DNA of 64,000 nucleotides from an uncultured bacterium. GTDB lineage: Bacteria; Margulisbacteria; WOR-1; O2-12-FULL-45-9. The notes under the pieces were generated by a model. The model did not search any database. It had not been told where the DNA came from and was given only the letters and a program-made list of their open reading frames with translations. Made by a program: the position numbers and the translations under genes. This document shows, piece by piece, positions 49,965-59,130 of the stretch (positions are counted from its first letter, which is position 1; each line of letters begins with the position of its first letter). Where the stretch lies: NCBI GenBank assembly GCA_964568455.1, contig CAZMPJ010000002.1:21769-85768 (forward strand), written 5' to 3'.

Positions 49965-49993
49965 TTGAAAAAAAAGTGAAATTCTAGTATGAT
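49965..49993 (+). promoter_or_regulatory. putative sigma70-type promoter (TTGAAA-N17-TATGAT) for tRNA-Lys/tRNA-Phe
   Basis: -35 element at 49965-49970 and -10 element at 49988-49993, about 16 nt before tRNA-Lys. Confidence 0.45.
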
Positions 49994-50009
49994 TTTCAGG
50001 TCGTGTATT

Positions 50010-50082
50010 GACCGGCTAGCTCAGCTGGTAGAGCATCTGCCTTTTAAGCAGGTGGCCCTGGGTTCGAATCCCAGGCCGGTCA
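50010..50082 (+). tRNA. tRNA-Lys (TTT)
   Basis: Anticodon loop CTTTTAA. T-loop GGTTCGAATCC. Confidence 0.8.
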
Positions 50083-50086
50083 TAGT

Positions 50087-50159
<73 letters not shown>

Positions 50160-50191
50160 CTTTCGAATAAATTTCAAATGGGGAGAAGAAG

Positions 50192-50776
50192 ATGACTGCT
50201 AGATTTACTAAGGTTTGGCTGACTTTATTCGCAATCATTTTAATCTTTCTTGCCATCAATATTTTTATTTCCCATCGTAATCAGCCTGGCATCAAAGAAG
50301 TTTTAACTAAAAACAAAGTTTCCGCATCAGTAGATTTTTCTATGGTTATTACCAGTTTACTTGCCCTTTCTTTGGCTACTGTTTCAGTGGCAAAGGGTTA
50401 TGAAGTATTAAAAAGAAATAAAGACATGGCAGAGATGGTCTTAGACGAAGAAAGCGATCCTTATCATGATGAAAAAATGGAAGAATTGGATTTTACTATA
50501 AACGAATTACAAAAAGAGGTAGCAGAGTTTACTTCAAGTAGCGAAATTATCAAACGAGACAATGAAGAGTTAAAAAATCAAATTAAAAGAACAGCGCTGG
50601 AGTATGTTGAGATTAACAAGATGGAGCAAATGCTTAGAAAAAGTAATATTGCTTTAAGTAAAGAATGTGAAAATTTAAAATCTGAAAATGATAACTTATT
50701 GGCCGTCGCTCGGGGTAAGAAAAAAGCCCCTCGACTCGCTTCGCTTGCTCGGGGTAAAAGGAAAAGAAAAGCATGA
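50192..50776 (+). CDS. membrane protein with coiled-coil and basic C-terminal tail
   Basis: Two TM helices, a coiled-coil segment, and a C-terminal ARGKKKAPRLASLARGKRKRKA that is encoded by GC-rich repeat copy 3. Confidence 0.35.
   Translation: MTARFTKVWLTLFAIILIFLAINIFISHRNQPGIKEVLTKNKVSASVDFSMVITSLLALSLATVSVAKGYEVLKRNKDMAEMVLDEESDPYHDEKMEELDFTINELQKEVAEFTSSSEIIKRDNEELKNQIKRTALEYVEINKMEQMLRKSNIALSKECENLKSENDNLLAVARGKKKAPRLASLARGKRKRKA
50708..50756. repeat. GC-rich dispersed repeat copy 3 (GCTCGGGG ... CCCCTCGAC-N12-CTCGGGG)
   Basis: Shares the CCCCTCGAC and CTCGGGG cores with copies 1 and 2. Lies inside the 3' end of the ORF at 50192-50776. Confidence 0.5.
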
Positions 50777-51423
50777 GGAAAACAGTTCTTGTAGGGTTGT
50801 TAATATTATTTTTATCTGCTGCTTCTGGGGCGCAGTTTACTTTTCATCTTATTGATAATTTTGAAGATGGAACCTTTAACCGTGATCCTAAGTGGTGGCG
50901 CTTTGGCGACATTAAGCCAGAAATTGTTGGTAACGGTAGAGTAGAAGCTAAACGAGATCTGATTTCAGAATCTTGCGGCGATTATTCATTAAGGCTAACC
51001 GGAAAAACCAATGATTGGTATATTGGTGGAATTGGATCTGATATTGGAGTGGATGGCTCAAAGTTTTCTCGTTTTCAGATAGATATTTTTGGCCATAAAG
51101 ATTATAAAGGCAAATTAAAACTGGAAATCTTTGATGATGACAACATGAACTATTCCATTGAGCAAAACCCGCAAAAAGGATATGAGCCGGTTTATGATGA
51201 TAAGTGGGTGGCAGAGGTAAATGTTCAAGGCCGAGGCTTTACTCGGGTCTCTATCCCTTTTACCGCATTTAAAGATGCCAATCCTGGGATAGGAGACGAT
51301 ATTTGGAATCCTAATCAGGAAAATGGTTCAGGCGGACTAATGAAAATGCAGATGGTTATTATTTCTGAAGATCAAAAAGGCGATATAGATTGCCGGATTG
51401 ATAATCTTTTGCTGACTTACTAA
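50773..51423 (+). CDS. hypothetical secreted protein
   Basis: Signal peptide. No recognisable motif. Confidence 0.35.
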   Translation: MRKTVLVGLLILFLSAASGAQFTFHLIDNFEDGTFNRDPKWWRFGDIKPEIVGNGRVEAKRDLISESCGDYSLRLTGKTNDWYIGGIGSDIGVDGSKFSRFQIDIFGHKDYKGKLKLEIFDDDNMNYSIEQNPQKGYEPVYDDKWVAEVNVQGRGFTRVSIPFTAFKDANPGIGDDIWNPNQENGSGGLMKMQMVIISEDQKGDIDCRIDNLLLTY

Positions 51424-51445
51424 GTTTGATTAATAGGAGGCTTTT

Positions 51446-52909
51446 ATGAAAAAAATAATTTTGTTTCTACTCTTGGTAAGTGTTTTATCTATTAGCGCTT
51501 CTGCGGAAAAATATAATGTTATTGATAAGCAAGATATTAGTATTAAGGCTGGACCAACTGAGCCAGGAGAGGCACTTTCTTTGGTTTGGCTAGAAGCTTT
51601 CTTGTACCCAAAAAATGTTAAAGAAGACCGTGTGGTTGCCTTAGGGGTAAAGTTGCCTGGTAAAGCAGAAAGTATTTCTGCTTCTTTTGATTTTTTAGGA
51701 CACCCGATCTTTCTTACTTCTAATGATGGAAAAGATTGGAGCGCGGTTTATCAGCTTCCGCCAGGTATTGGCGAAGGGTTGCACGTGGTGCGTTATAGTA
51801 TTAAAGGAAAAAGAGGCACTATCCAGCGCACTTTAGATTTCTTTGTCAGCAAGCCAAGTAATTTAGTTAAGAATAAAGTTTCTGAAGGGGAAGTGGCAGA
51901 GCTTGCAGGTATTCCTTTAACCGTTGCTTCTACTTTTACTGCTCATGTTGATGGCTTAACCCGTATTCTTTATGCCGGACAAAAAATAACCGGTATTTCC
52001 AAAGTTCCTTGGTATAAAGTAGTTTTAGAAGATGGCAAAGAGACCTGGGTTCCTTCCACTTTAGTTAACGAGCCGGTGGAAGAATATTATCAATTAGGAT
52101 ATAAGCATTACACGAACAAGGATTTTGCAAAAGCAGTAGAATCTTACAGCACGGCTATTGCGATTGATCCAGAATTTGTCAAAGCCCATATGTGGCTGGC
52201 AAAAAGTTATTATAAATTAGGCAATTTGGACGCGGCGTATGATTCTATTTTAGAAGCGCTTAGCCTTGATAAAAATGATATGCCCAGCCGCTTGTTTGCC
52301 CAAACTTTGGCTCGAGAATTTTATGGGATAGCTAATCAAAAACTTAAACAAGCAAGATATAATGAAGCAATTTCTGCTTATCAAAAAGTAGTGGCTTTAA
52401 AGCCAACTTCTTATGCTTCCTGGATTGAACTGGGCAATAGTTACCAAAAATTAGGTTTTTATCAGGAAGCTAGGTCAGCTTGGAAAGAAGCGTTAAGAGC
52501 AGATCCGGAAAATCCTTCTGCTTATGCCTTGCTTAATATTAAGCATGACCAGGCGGCTTTAGCAATTCGTCCTCGGGTAAAAGAAGAAATCAAAATTGTA
52601 AAAGCACCTAGGGCAGTTCCAGCCGCAGTGGCAGATGATTCTTTGGCAGTGGTCAAAGCCAATAAAACTAAAAAAGGTACTAAGATTGAATCAGCTTTAA
52701 AATCAGTTATTACTTTAACTAAGTCGCTGGGTACTCCAGTGGTTGAAAAGGGTTGGGATGTAAAAAAATCAGGCAAAAAGTTTATGGTTTCTTATTTAGT
52801 GGAACAGGGTAGTGGGGCTCTTGAAGCTTTTGAATGGATGGTTGATGTTGATACTAAGCGCGTTTCTGCGAATAACGAAAATGCCCGGGTCCTAATGTCT
52901 CGTTGGTAA
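51446..52909 (+). CDS. secreted TPR-containing protein
   Basis: Signal peptide. TPR-like repeats in the central region (AY...Y..G....A...YQKA). Confidence 0.4.
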   Translation: MKKIILFLLLVSVLSISASAEKYNVIDKQDISIKAGPTEPGEALSLVWLEAFLYPKNVKEDRVVALGVKLPGKAESISASFDFLGHPIFLTSNDGKDWSAVYQLPPGIGEGLHVVRYSIKGKRGTIQRTLDFFVSKPSNLVKNKVSEGEVAELAGIPLTVASTFTAHVDGLTRILYAGQKITGISKVPWYKVVLEDGKETWVPSTLVNEPVEEYYQLGYKHYTNKDFAKAVESYSTAIAIDPEFVKAHMWLAKSYYKLGNLDAAYDSILEALSLDKNDMPSRLFAQTLAREFYGIANQKLKQARYNEAISAYQKVVALKPTSYASWIELGNSYQKLGFYQEARSAWKEALRADPENPSAYALLNIKHDQAALAIRPRVKEEIKIVKAPRAVPAAVADDSLAVVKANKTKKGTKIESALKSVITLTKSLGTPVVEKGWDVKKSGKKFMVSYLVEQGSGALEAFEWMVDVDTKRVSANNENARVLMSRW

Positions 52910-52913
52910 TCAT

Positions 52914-52986
52914 GCCGCTGTAGCTCAACTGGCAGAGCAACTGATTTGTAATCAGTAGGTTGTCGGTTCAATTCCGACCGGCGGCT
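52914..52986 (+). tRNA. tRNA-Thr (TGT)
   Basis: Anticodon loop TTTGTAA. Followed by a T8 run. Confidence 0.8.
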
Positions 52987-53795
52987 TTTTTTTGATCATA
53001 ACGATGTATTTTCATATGTACTCGTTTAAAACCTTGTAAATAGTCCACAACCGGCTCGGGAATAAACGGGCCGCTCATCCAGTTTCCAATTGCTATTCTT
53101 ATTTCTTCTGGATTTGTAAGAATTCCTCCGGAAAAAGTGGAAAGGACTGGAATATCAGGGTAATTAATTTCGAGTTGGTTGACTAAGGGTTTGGCCGTTG
53201 CTTCAATTTTTGCTAGTTTTTCTGAATGATATTTTAACCTTACTGGTATTGGATAGGCAGTAAAAGGAGCTTGGGCTATGACTTTTTGAGCCTTTTCCAA
53301 ATCTTTTTCTTTGATGGTTATGCATATGCCATCCTCATAAGGTGTTACAATTGCTTCGAAGTCAGCTGTTTGTGATAAGAAATCTATAATTGGGATAGGG
53401 CTGTTTTGAAAAGTTAAAAAAGAACATAAATTAGAACAAGTTAAATCAGCTAATTCTGCAAATTTTAATATAATTTCAAATGCAGCTTGATATCTAATAC
53501 TATTGGCCATAACCAAGGCAGTAAAGTTGCCAAAACTGCTGCCAACTATTAGATCCGGATTACCGTGCAAAGAAACATAATGTTCTCCTACAGCATGACT
53601 GGCAACAAAAACAGCAGTGTAACATTCTTTCCAGTTTTGATAAAAATCTTTGCTTTGGCAAAGATGAGCAAGGTTAACTCCTGTAGCTGCCTGAGCTGTT
53701 TTTAATCGTTGTTGTATGTCGGGAGCATTAAATAGCTCTTTTTTCATAGGCAAAGCTTTAAATCTAAGGCCTGGATATACATGCGCAACTTTCAT
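52968..53795 (-). CDS. FabD-like acyltransferase (malonyl-CoA:ACP transacylase-like, divergent)
   Basis: HVYPG start, GSSFG nucleophile-elbow motif (in place of GHSLG), and a conserved His in the C-terminal part. The 3' end overlaps tRNA-Thr by about 19 nt. Confidence 0.4.
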   Translation of the reverse strand: MKVAHVYPGLRFKALPMKKELFNAPDIQQRLKTAQAATGVNLAHLCQSKDFYQNWKECYTAVFVASHAVGEHYVSLHGNPDLIVGSSFGNFTALVMANSIRYQAAFEIILKFAELADLTCSNLCSFLTFQNSPIPIIDFLSQTADFEAIVTPYEDGICITIKEKDLEKAQKVIAQAPFTAYPIPVRLKYHSEKLAKIEATAKPLVNQLEINYPDIPVLSTFSGGILTNPEEIRIAIGNWMSGPFIPEPVVDYLQGFKRVHMKIHRYDQKKAAGRN

Positions 53796-53865
53796 AATAT
53801 ATTATCGTTATTTGTTTTAACCGATTTCAGTCCTATATGTTATAATTAATTTTACATTTGCTTAG

Positions 53866-54435
53866 GTGGGGATGAGGATTATGAAAATAAAAATCATAAA
53901 AGTAGGTAGTTTACAAACCAATTGCTATATTGTTAGCGAGGAGAAATCAAATCAGGCGATGGTGATTGATCCTGGGGCTGAAGCGGAAAAGATCTTGCTA
54001 GCAATTAAAGATTTAAACATTTGTGCTATAGTCATTACTCACGGTCATCCTGATCATTTTGGCGGTTTAGACCAAATAAAACAAGCAACCAATGCTCCCA
54101 TTTACATGAATCCGGAAGACAACTGGTTTTTAGTTCCAGAAAAAGAATTAAAAGATAACGATGAGCTTAAGTGCGGGGATTTAAATTTTAAAATTATCCA
54201 TACTCCAGGACATACACCTGGTTGTATTTGTTTGTACACTAAGGGTCATTTGTTCAGTGGAGACACTTTGTTCTATGATACTTATGGCAGAGTGGATTTA
54301 CCTGGAAGTTCTCCTAAAAAGATGAAACAATCATTAAAACGGCTGGGGACACTGCCAGATGATACAGTGGTTTATCCCGGTCATGGTGATTCAACCACAA
54401 TAAAAGACGAAAAGGAGCGAGGGACCATTGGCTAA
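53866..54435 (+). CDS. MBL-fold metallo-hydrolase
   Basis: HGHPDHFGG metal-binding motif. Confidence 0.7.
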   Translation: MGMRIMKIKIIKVGSLQTNCYIVSEEKSNQAMVIDPGAEAEKILLAIKDLNICAIVITHGHPDHFGGLDQIKQATNAPIYMNPEDNWFLVPEKELKDNDELKCGDLNFKIIHTPGHTPGCICLYTKGHLFSGDTLFYDTYGRVDLPGSSPKKMKQSLKRLGTLPDDTVVYPGHGDSTTIKDEKERGTIG

Positions 54436-55351
54436 TCTTTATCTTTTTTATGGCAGCGAAGATTATTTGATTGATCAACGCATTAAGCAGTTTAAAGCGC
54501 AAAATATTGAAAGATTAGACGGAAAAAGCGCGAGTAAAGAACAAATTTTAGAAACCTTGCAAGGCCAATCGCTTTTTGCTCAAGAAAAACTGGTTATTAT
54601 TGATAGTATTGATTTTAGAGAAGAAAAATGGAATGAAATTGTTCCCAGCTTAAAAAATCTTTCTTCTCAAACCACTCTGGTTATTGTTGCTAAAACCGCG
54701 CCAGCCCGCTCTAAACTAGTTAAGTTTATAAAAGAAAAAGGGGAGGTCTTGGAATTTAAGACTTTTGCTGATTGGGAAGAAGATCAGGTAATCCGTTGGA
54801 TTGAAAATCAGGTAAAAAAACAAGGCAAAAAGATTGAGCGCCAGGCGGCTGCTACCTTGCAAGAAGTTTGCGGCAAAGAGCTTAGAAAGCTTTGTTCTGA
54901 AATTGATAAATTAATCACTTTTATCGGGGCCAAAGATAAAATTGAAACCGAAGATGTCTTAACTTTGGCTTCTCCAGGAGAAACCAGCGTCTTTGCGCTG
55001 CTGGATGCTTTAACCGACAAAAATGCTAAAAATACTTTAAGTAATTTTATTAATATCTATAAAAATAAGGCAGACGTATTTCGCATGCTGGGATTACTAG
55101 CTCATCAGTACCGCATTATGCTTTTTGTAAAATCCACTCCTGTTAACCAGCGAAATCCTTTTAATATTGCCAAGCAAATTGGGGTTAGTCCTTATTTTGT
55201 AAAAAAATGCAGTCAGAAAATTAATAAGTTTAGCGAAGCAGAACTGCAAAAAGCCTTAGAACTCATCTTAGAAACCGATTTAAAGCTTAAAAGCGGCCAG
55301 TCTCAAGCTGCCAGTCTGGAATTGTTGCTTACTTCCTTGTGTGCTAAGTAA
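54428..55351 (+). CDS. holA: DNA polymerase III delta subunit
   Basis: LYLFYGSEDYL N-terminus and length typical of HolA. Confidence 0.65.
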   Translation: MANLYLFYGSEDYLIDQRIKQFKAQNIERLDGKSASKEQILETLQGQSLFAQEKLVIIDSIDFREEKWNEIVPSLKNLSSQTTLVIVAKTAPARSKLVKFIKEKGEVLEFKTFADWEEDQVIRWIENQVKKQGKKIERQAAATLQEVCGKELRKLCSEIDKLITFIGAKDKIETEDVLTLASPGETSVFALLDALTDKNAKNTLSNFINIYKNKADVFRMLGLLAHQYRIMLFVKSTPVNQRNPFNIAKQIGVSPYFVKKCSQKINKFSEAELQKALELILETDLKLKSGQSQAASLELLLTSLCAK

Positions 55352-55353
55352 AT

Positions 55354-56952
55354 ATGGAAAATAAAAAAACAAAAATATTAATTTTGTTTATTCTCTGCCT
55401 GGTATTATTCCTCTTAGTTGTAATCCGCTTGATCGATGTACAAATTATCCATCATGAGTTTTATCAGAAAAAATCGCAAAAGCAGCGCACTCGCATTATT
55501 GAGCGGGCGGCTCAGCGTGGTGATATTTTTGACCGCAATGGTAATTTACTGGCTACTACTATCGACACTTATTCTGCTTTTACTCATAAAAACGGGGTTT
55601 TTACCTGGATTAAGAGAAAGTTACCGCAAGCAACGGGTGAAAAGATCAAACAAAAGAATCCTGCTAAGATTGGTTTAATCAAAGAAAAGAAAAGGATTTA
55701 TCCTAAAGGTCAGTTAGCTTCCCAGCTTTTGGGATTTGTTGGCTTGGATAACGAGGGGCTTTCTGGGATTGAGCTTTCTTATGAAGAAAATTTAAAAGGT
55801 AAAGAAGGTAAAGTTATAACCGAAGGGGATCCAACCGGTAGGGAACTTTATGGCGCTGTCCGCGAAATTGAACCGGGTTCAGACGGAATGAATATTACTT
55901 TAACCATTGATGAAAATATACAGTATGTTGCTGAACGGGAACTTAAAAAGCAGATTAAAAAGTATCGAGCATTATCAGGTATGTGTATTGTCATGGACGC
56001 AGAAACCGGTGAAATTTTTGCGCTGGCTTCTCTGCCGGGCTTTGATCCTAATAGTTATAAAAAGTTTAATGCCAAACGCTGGCACCCGCGCTTTTTGGAT
56101 CCTTTTGAACCGGGTTCTACTTTTAAAGTGATTACCGTAGCCGCAGCTTTAGACGAAGGAGTAATTTCTCCTGAAACCATGTTAAAGAGTATGGATACTA
56201 TTACTGTGGGCGGAAAAGTGATTGGTAATGCGCATGAAATTGATTGGCCAGCCAGAAAAATTTCTGTTTCTAAGATGCTGGAAGAGTCGATTAACACAGG
56301 AATAGTTCAGGTTGGCTTAAAACTCGGTCCAGAAAAGTTTTACGCTAAGATTAAAGATTTTAATTTTGGTCAGCGTACTGGTTTTGGTTTATACGGTGAA
56401 TCAAGAGGGATTTTGCGTAATTGGAAACGCTGGTACAAGCCAGATATTGCTATGATTACCTTTGGTCAGAGCATTGCAGTAACTCCGATACAGCTTTTAG
56501 TAGCTTTTTCTGCTTTTGCTAATAACGGAGTAATGGTCAAGCCTTATTTAGTTAGAAAGATCGAAGGAATTGATAGTAAATTTGTTAAAGTAAATACCAG
56601 GAAAGAGATTGGTCGGGCGATTTCTAAAAAAGCGACAGAGCAAACTAAAGAATTGATGTTAAATGTTGTTAGGTTAGGTACGGGTAGGCCGGCCAGGATT
56701 ACTAGTTTTAAGGTGATGGGTAAAACCGGTACTGCGCAGAAGACCAGGCCAGGCGGCAAAGGTTATTTAAAAGATCATTACATTGCTTCTTTTATTGGCT
56801 TAGCACCCTTTGATGATCCAAAATTAATTTGTTTAGTTATTGTGGATGATCCCCGCGGTAAATATTGGGGCAGCACAGTTTGCGGTCCAGTATTTAAGAG
56901 TGTAATGGAATATTCACTGCGATACCTAAACGTTAAACCGGATATGATTTGA
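55354..56952 (+). CDS. peptidoglycan D,D-transpeptidase (PBP2/FtsI class)
   Basis: N-terminal TM helix, dimerisation domain, and transpeptidase motifs STFK, SIN, KTGT. Confidence 0.8.
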   Translation: MENKKTKILILFILCLVLFLLVVIRLIDVQIIHHEFYQKKSQKQRTRIIERAAQRGDIFDRNGNLLATTIDTYSAFTHKNGVFTWIKRKLPQATGEKIKQKNPAKIGLIKEKKRIYPKGQLASQLLGFVGLDNEGLSGIELSYEENLKGKEGKVITEGDPTGRELYGAVREIEPGSDGMNITLTIDENIQYVAERELKKQIKKYRALSGMCIVMDAETGEIFALASLPGFDPNSYKKFNAKRWHPRFLDPFEPGSTFKVITVAAALDEGVISPETMLKSMDTITVGGKVIGNAHEIDWPARKISVSKMLEESINTGIVQVGLKLGPEKFYAKIKDFNFGQRTGFGLYGESRGILRNWKRWYKPDIAMITFGQSIAVTPIQLLVAFSAFANNGVMVKPYLVRKIEGIDSKFVKVNTRKEIGRAISKKATEQTKELMLNVVRLGTGRPARITSFKVMGKTGTAQKTRPGGKGYLKDHYIASFIGLAPFDDPKLICLVIVDDPRGKYWGSTVCGPVFKSVMEYSLRYLNVKPDMI

Positions 56953-56962
56953 TTCTCTAAAC

Positions 56963-56985
56963 TGACCATATCTGGTCACTTTTTT
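56963..56985 (+). terminator. putative intrinsic terminator
   Basis: TGACCA-tatc-TGGTCA hairpin followed by CTTTTTT, immediately after the PBP stop. Confidence 0.4.
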
Positions 56986-57051
56986 CCCTCTCCCACGCTT
57001 AAATATACCTGGTAATAACGTTGCTATAACTATTATTAGGAGGATTTAACC

Positions 57052-57567
57052 ATGAATGAACTGATACCAATGGAACGGATTGAGAGTAAAATATTTATTA
57101 TTCGAGGCCAGAAAGTAATGATTGATAGAGATTTAGCTAAATTATATGAAGTTGAGACAAAATATTTAAATCGTCAAGTAAGGAGAAATAGAAAGCGGTT
57201 CCCTAAAGAATTTATGTTTCAGCTTAACAGAAGAGAGAGGGGTGAACTGGTGACAAATTGTCACCGGTTTGACAGTTTAAAGCATTCATCTTCTTTTCCC
57301 TTCGCTTTTACAGAGCATGGAGTTGCTATGTTAGCAGGTATATTGAAAAGTAAAAAAGCTATAGATATAAGCATTTACATTGTTAAAGCTTTTATTGCCT
57401 TGAAGAAATATATTTATACACACAAAGAATTTGCTAAAAGATTAAACTTGTTAGAACAAAAACACAAAAAACATGATGTTGAAATAGAGACGATTTTTGA
57501 AGCGATCAAGCAGCTTATTAAGGAAGAAGAGCAGCCGAAGAAAAGGTTTGGGTTTCAAATTGAGTAG
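57052..57567 (+). CDS. ORF6N (KilA-N-like) domain protein
   Basis: IRGQKVMIDRDLAKLYEVETKYLNRQVRRNRKRFPKEFMFQL matches the ORF6N DNA-binding domain consensus. Confidence 0.65.
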   Translation: MNELIPMERIESKIFIIRGQKVMIDRDLAKLYEVETKYLNRQVRRNRKRFPKEFMFQLNRRERGELVTNCHRFDSLKHSSSFPFAFTEHGVAMLAGILKSKKAIDISIYIVKAFIALKKYIYTHKEFAKRLNLLEQKHKKHDVEIETIFEAIKQLIKEEEQPKKRFGFQIE

Positions 57568-57590
57568 GGCGAGAGTCTTGAATCAATTAA

Positions 57591-58871
57591 TCATTCTGCG
57601 TCCAGGCAAAAACTCCAAGTGGCATGATGTTTTAGTAAAAATTGTTTAAAGCCTGCTTGATTTTCTGGTTTTAAGGCAACAGTAGTAAGAGCCCAGGTTA
57701 GCTTAGGATTGTCTAAGGACCAATGAGCAACGAGTACAGAGGGATCGGTTAGATCGGTGTGCTGATCAGGGGCTAATGCTTTTAAAAGCACTTGTTGTTG
57801 AAAAGGGGTTAATCCCAGCGATTGCATAAGAGCATCATTTTTTATTGATTCTTTTATTTCCTGTTGTTCTTGATCTGTTATTTCTTCTGGTAAATCATGC
57901 TTTCTAAATTCTTTTAAGGCTGCTATTAGTACAAATCCTTCATAGCAGTGCCAATCATAAATCCAGGTTGGTTTTATAGCGGACGAGAAAGCGCTGGCAA
58001 TAGCTTTTACATTAGGATCATGATCTTTGGCTGCATAAATCACTACTTGATAAGCGCCTAACGGGGGATCTAAGCTTAATTTAAGCGCGAATAATTTGTT
58101 GTCGGTAAAACAGGGCATTAAAGATTCCACCATTTCTAAACCTTTTTCCAGCGAGCCAGTAAAAACAACCCATTTGCCGGTTTCCATGTGTGTATCTTTT
58201 TGGACCCTGGTCAAACCGTTTTTGCTTTTTATATATACAAAAGAAGGATATAGATATATGGGAAACACCCCTTCTGTGTTTTTAGCTGACTGATATAATC
58301 TTTTAAAAGCAGCTATACCTGTTGTTAGTTGGTCTTGCTCAATAATATCTTCCAATTTGATTCCAGACCAGTCTGTTATTTCTTTAATAGCTCTTTTGCT
58401 TACTATATTTACGAAAAACCTGAAAGTAAGCATATGTCTTAAATTTTCAAATGGTTGAATAGCCCTTGTCTCACCATGAAATTTCTGATAAAAATTGTCA
58501 TTGCATAAGAACCAATCTGTGTAATTACGCTCTCCTCCTGCAAAACCAACCAATTCTTCGTTGCTAAGCCCGGCCAAAGCAGATTCAAAATTATGCCACA
58601 GTTCTGTTTTAAAGAGCCCGTTATTAAGTGCAAGAAGGGCGTCGGGACCAAGAACCATGTAACAGTTGTTAAAGGAAAATAGTGAAGGAATGGGCCGATC
58701 CGCCATAATAGTTGGAGCGTTGGAGCAAGCAGCAGCAGCTGCTGTTGTATTAGGCGCGCTTACCACAAAGGGTAGGGGCTTTTTTGCAATGGGTCTGTTG
58801 TGATTTGGCAAGCCAAACCCAAGCACAGCTACTGTTGTTGCAAAAAGAGCTCTTCCTCGTGTAATCAGCAT
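57591..58871 (-). CDS. hypothetical secreted protein (426 aa)
   Basis: N-terminal signal-like segment (RGRALFATTVAVLGFGL) and Ala-rich linker. No recognisable catalytic motif. Confidence 0.35.
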   Translation of the reverse strand: MLITRGRALFATTVAVLGFGLPNHNRPIAKKPLPFVVSAPNTTAAAAACSNAPTIMADRPIPSLFSFNNCYMVLGPDALLALNNGLFKTELWHNFESALAGLSNEELVGFAGGERNYTDWFLCNDNFYQKFHGETRAIQPFENLRHMLTFRFFVNIVSKRAIKEITDWSGIKLEDIIEQDQLTTGIAAFKRLYQSAKNTEGVFPIYLYPSFVYIKSKNGLTRVQKDTHMETGKWVVFTGSLEKGLEMVESLMPCFTDNKLFALKLSLDPPLGAYQVVIYAAKDHDPNVKAIASAFSSAIKPTWIYDWHCYEGFVLIAALKEFRKHDLPEEITDQEQQEIKESIKNDALMQSLGLTPFQQQVLLKALAPDQHTDLTDPSVLVAHWSLDNPKLTWALTTVALKPENQAGFKQFLLKHHATWSFCLDAE

Positions 58872-58940
58872 ATATTATTATCGTTATAAAAACAGATAAA
58901 TTTCAGGGGGATTTCTTTGTCCGGCCCAATCCATGCCTTA

Positions 58941-59037
58941 AATGACGAATTCCTCAATGACGAATGACGAATTAATGTTTCAATTGATCAATTGTTCAAT
59001 TGGAATTTCTTTCGTCATTCGAATTTCGTCATTGAAT
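58941..59037. promoter_or_regulatory. repeat/operator array: TGACGAA x3, CAATTG x3, TTCGTCA x2 forming a roughly 95-bp imperfect palindrome
   Basis: TGACGAA at 58943, 58958 and 58965. CAATTG at 58981, 58989 and 58997. TTCGTCA at 59011 and 59025. Lies between the divergent genes, just upstream of the hsdM promoter. Confidence 0.45.
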
Positions 59038-59057
59038 AATTAATCTCTTTCCATCTT

Positions 59058-59086
59058 TTGCTTCCCCCCATTTTATATATTATAAT
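59058..59086 (+). promoter_or_regulatory. putative sigma70-type promoter of the type I R-M operon (TTGCTT-N17-TATAAT)
   Basis: -35 element at 59058-59063 and perfect -10 at 59081-59086. RBS AAGGATGGGG lies ahead of the ATG at 59131. Confidence 0.45.
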
Positions 59087-59130
59087 GATTTATTGCTGAT
59101 TTTGGTATAAGGATGGGGAAAAATTAAAAG

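Noticed and set aside
52987-52996. T8 run after tRNA-Thr as a terminator
   Set aside because: No independent hairpin beyond the tRNA acceptor/T-arm. It could still aid termination, but it was not called as a separate feature.
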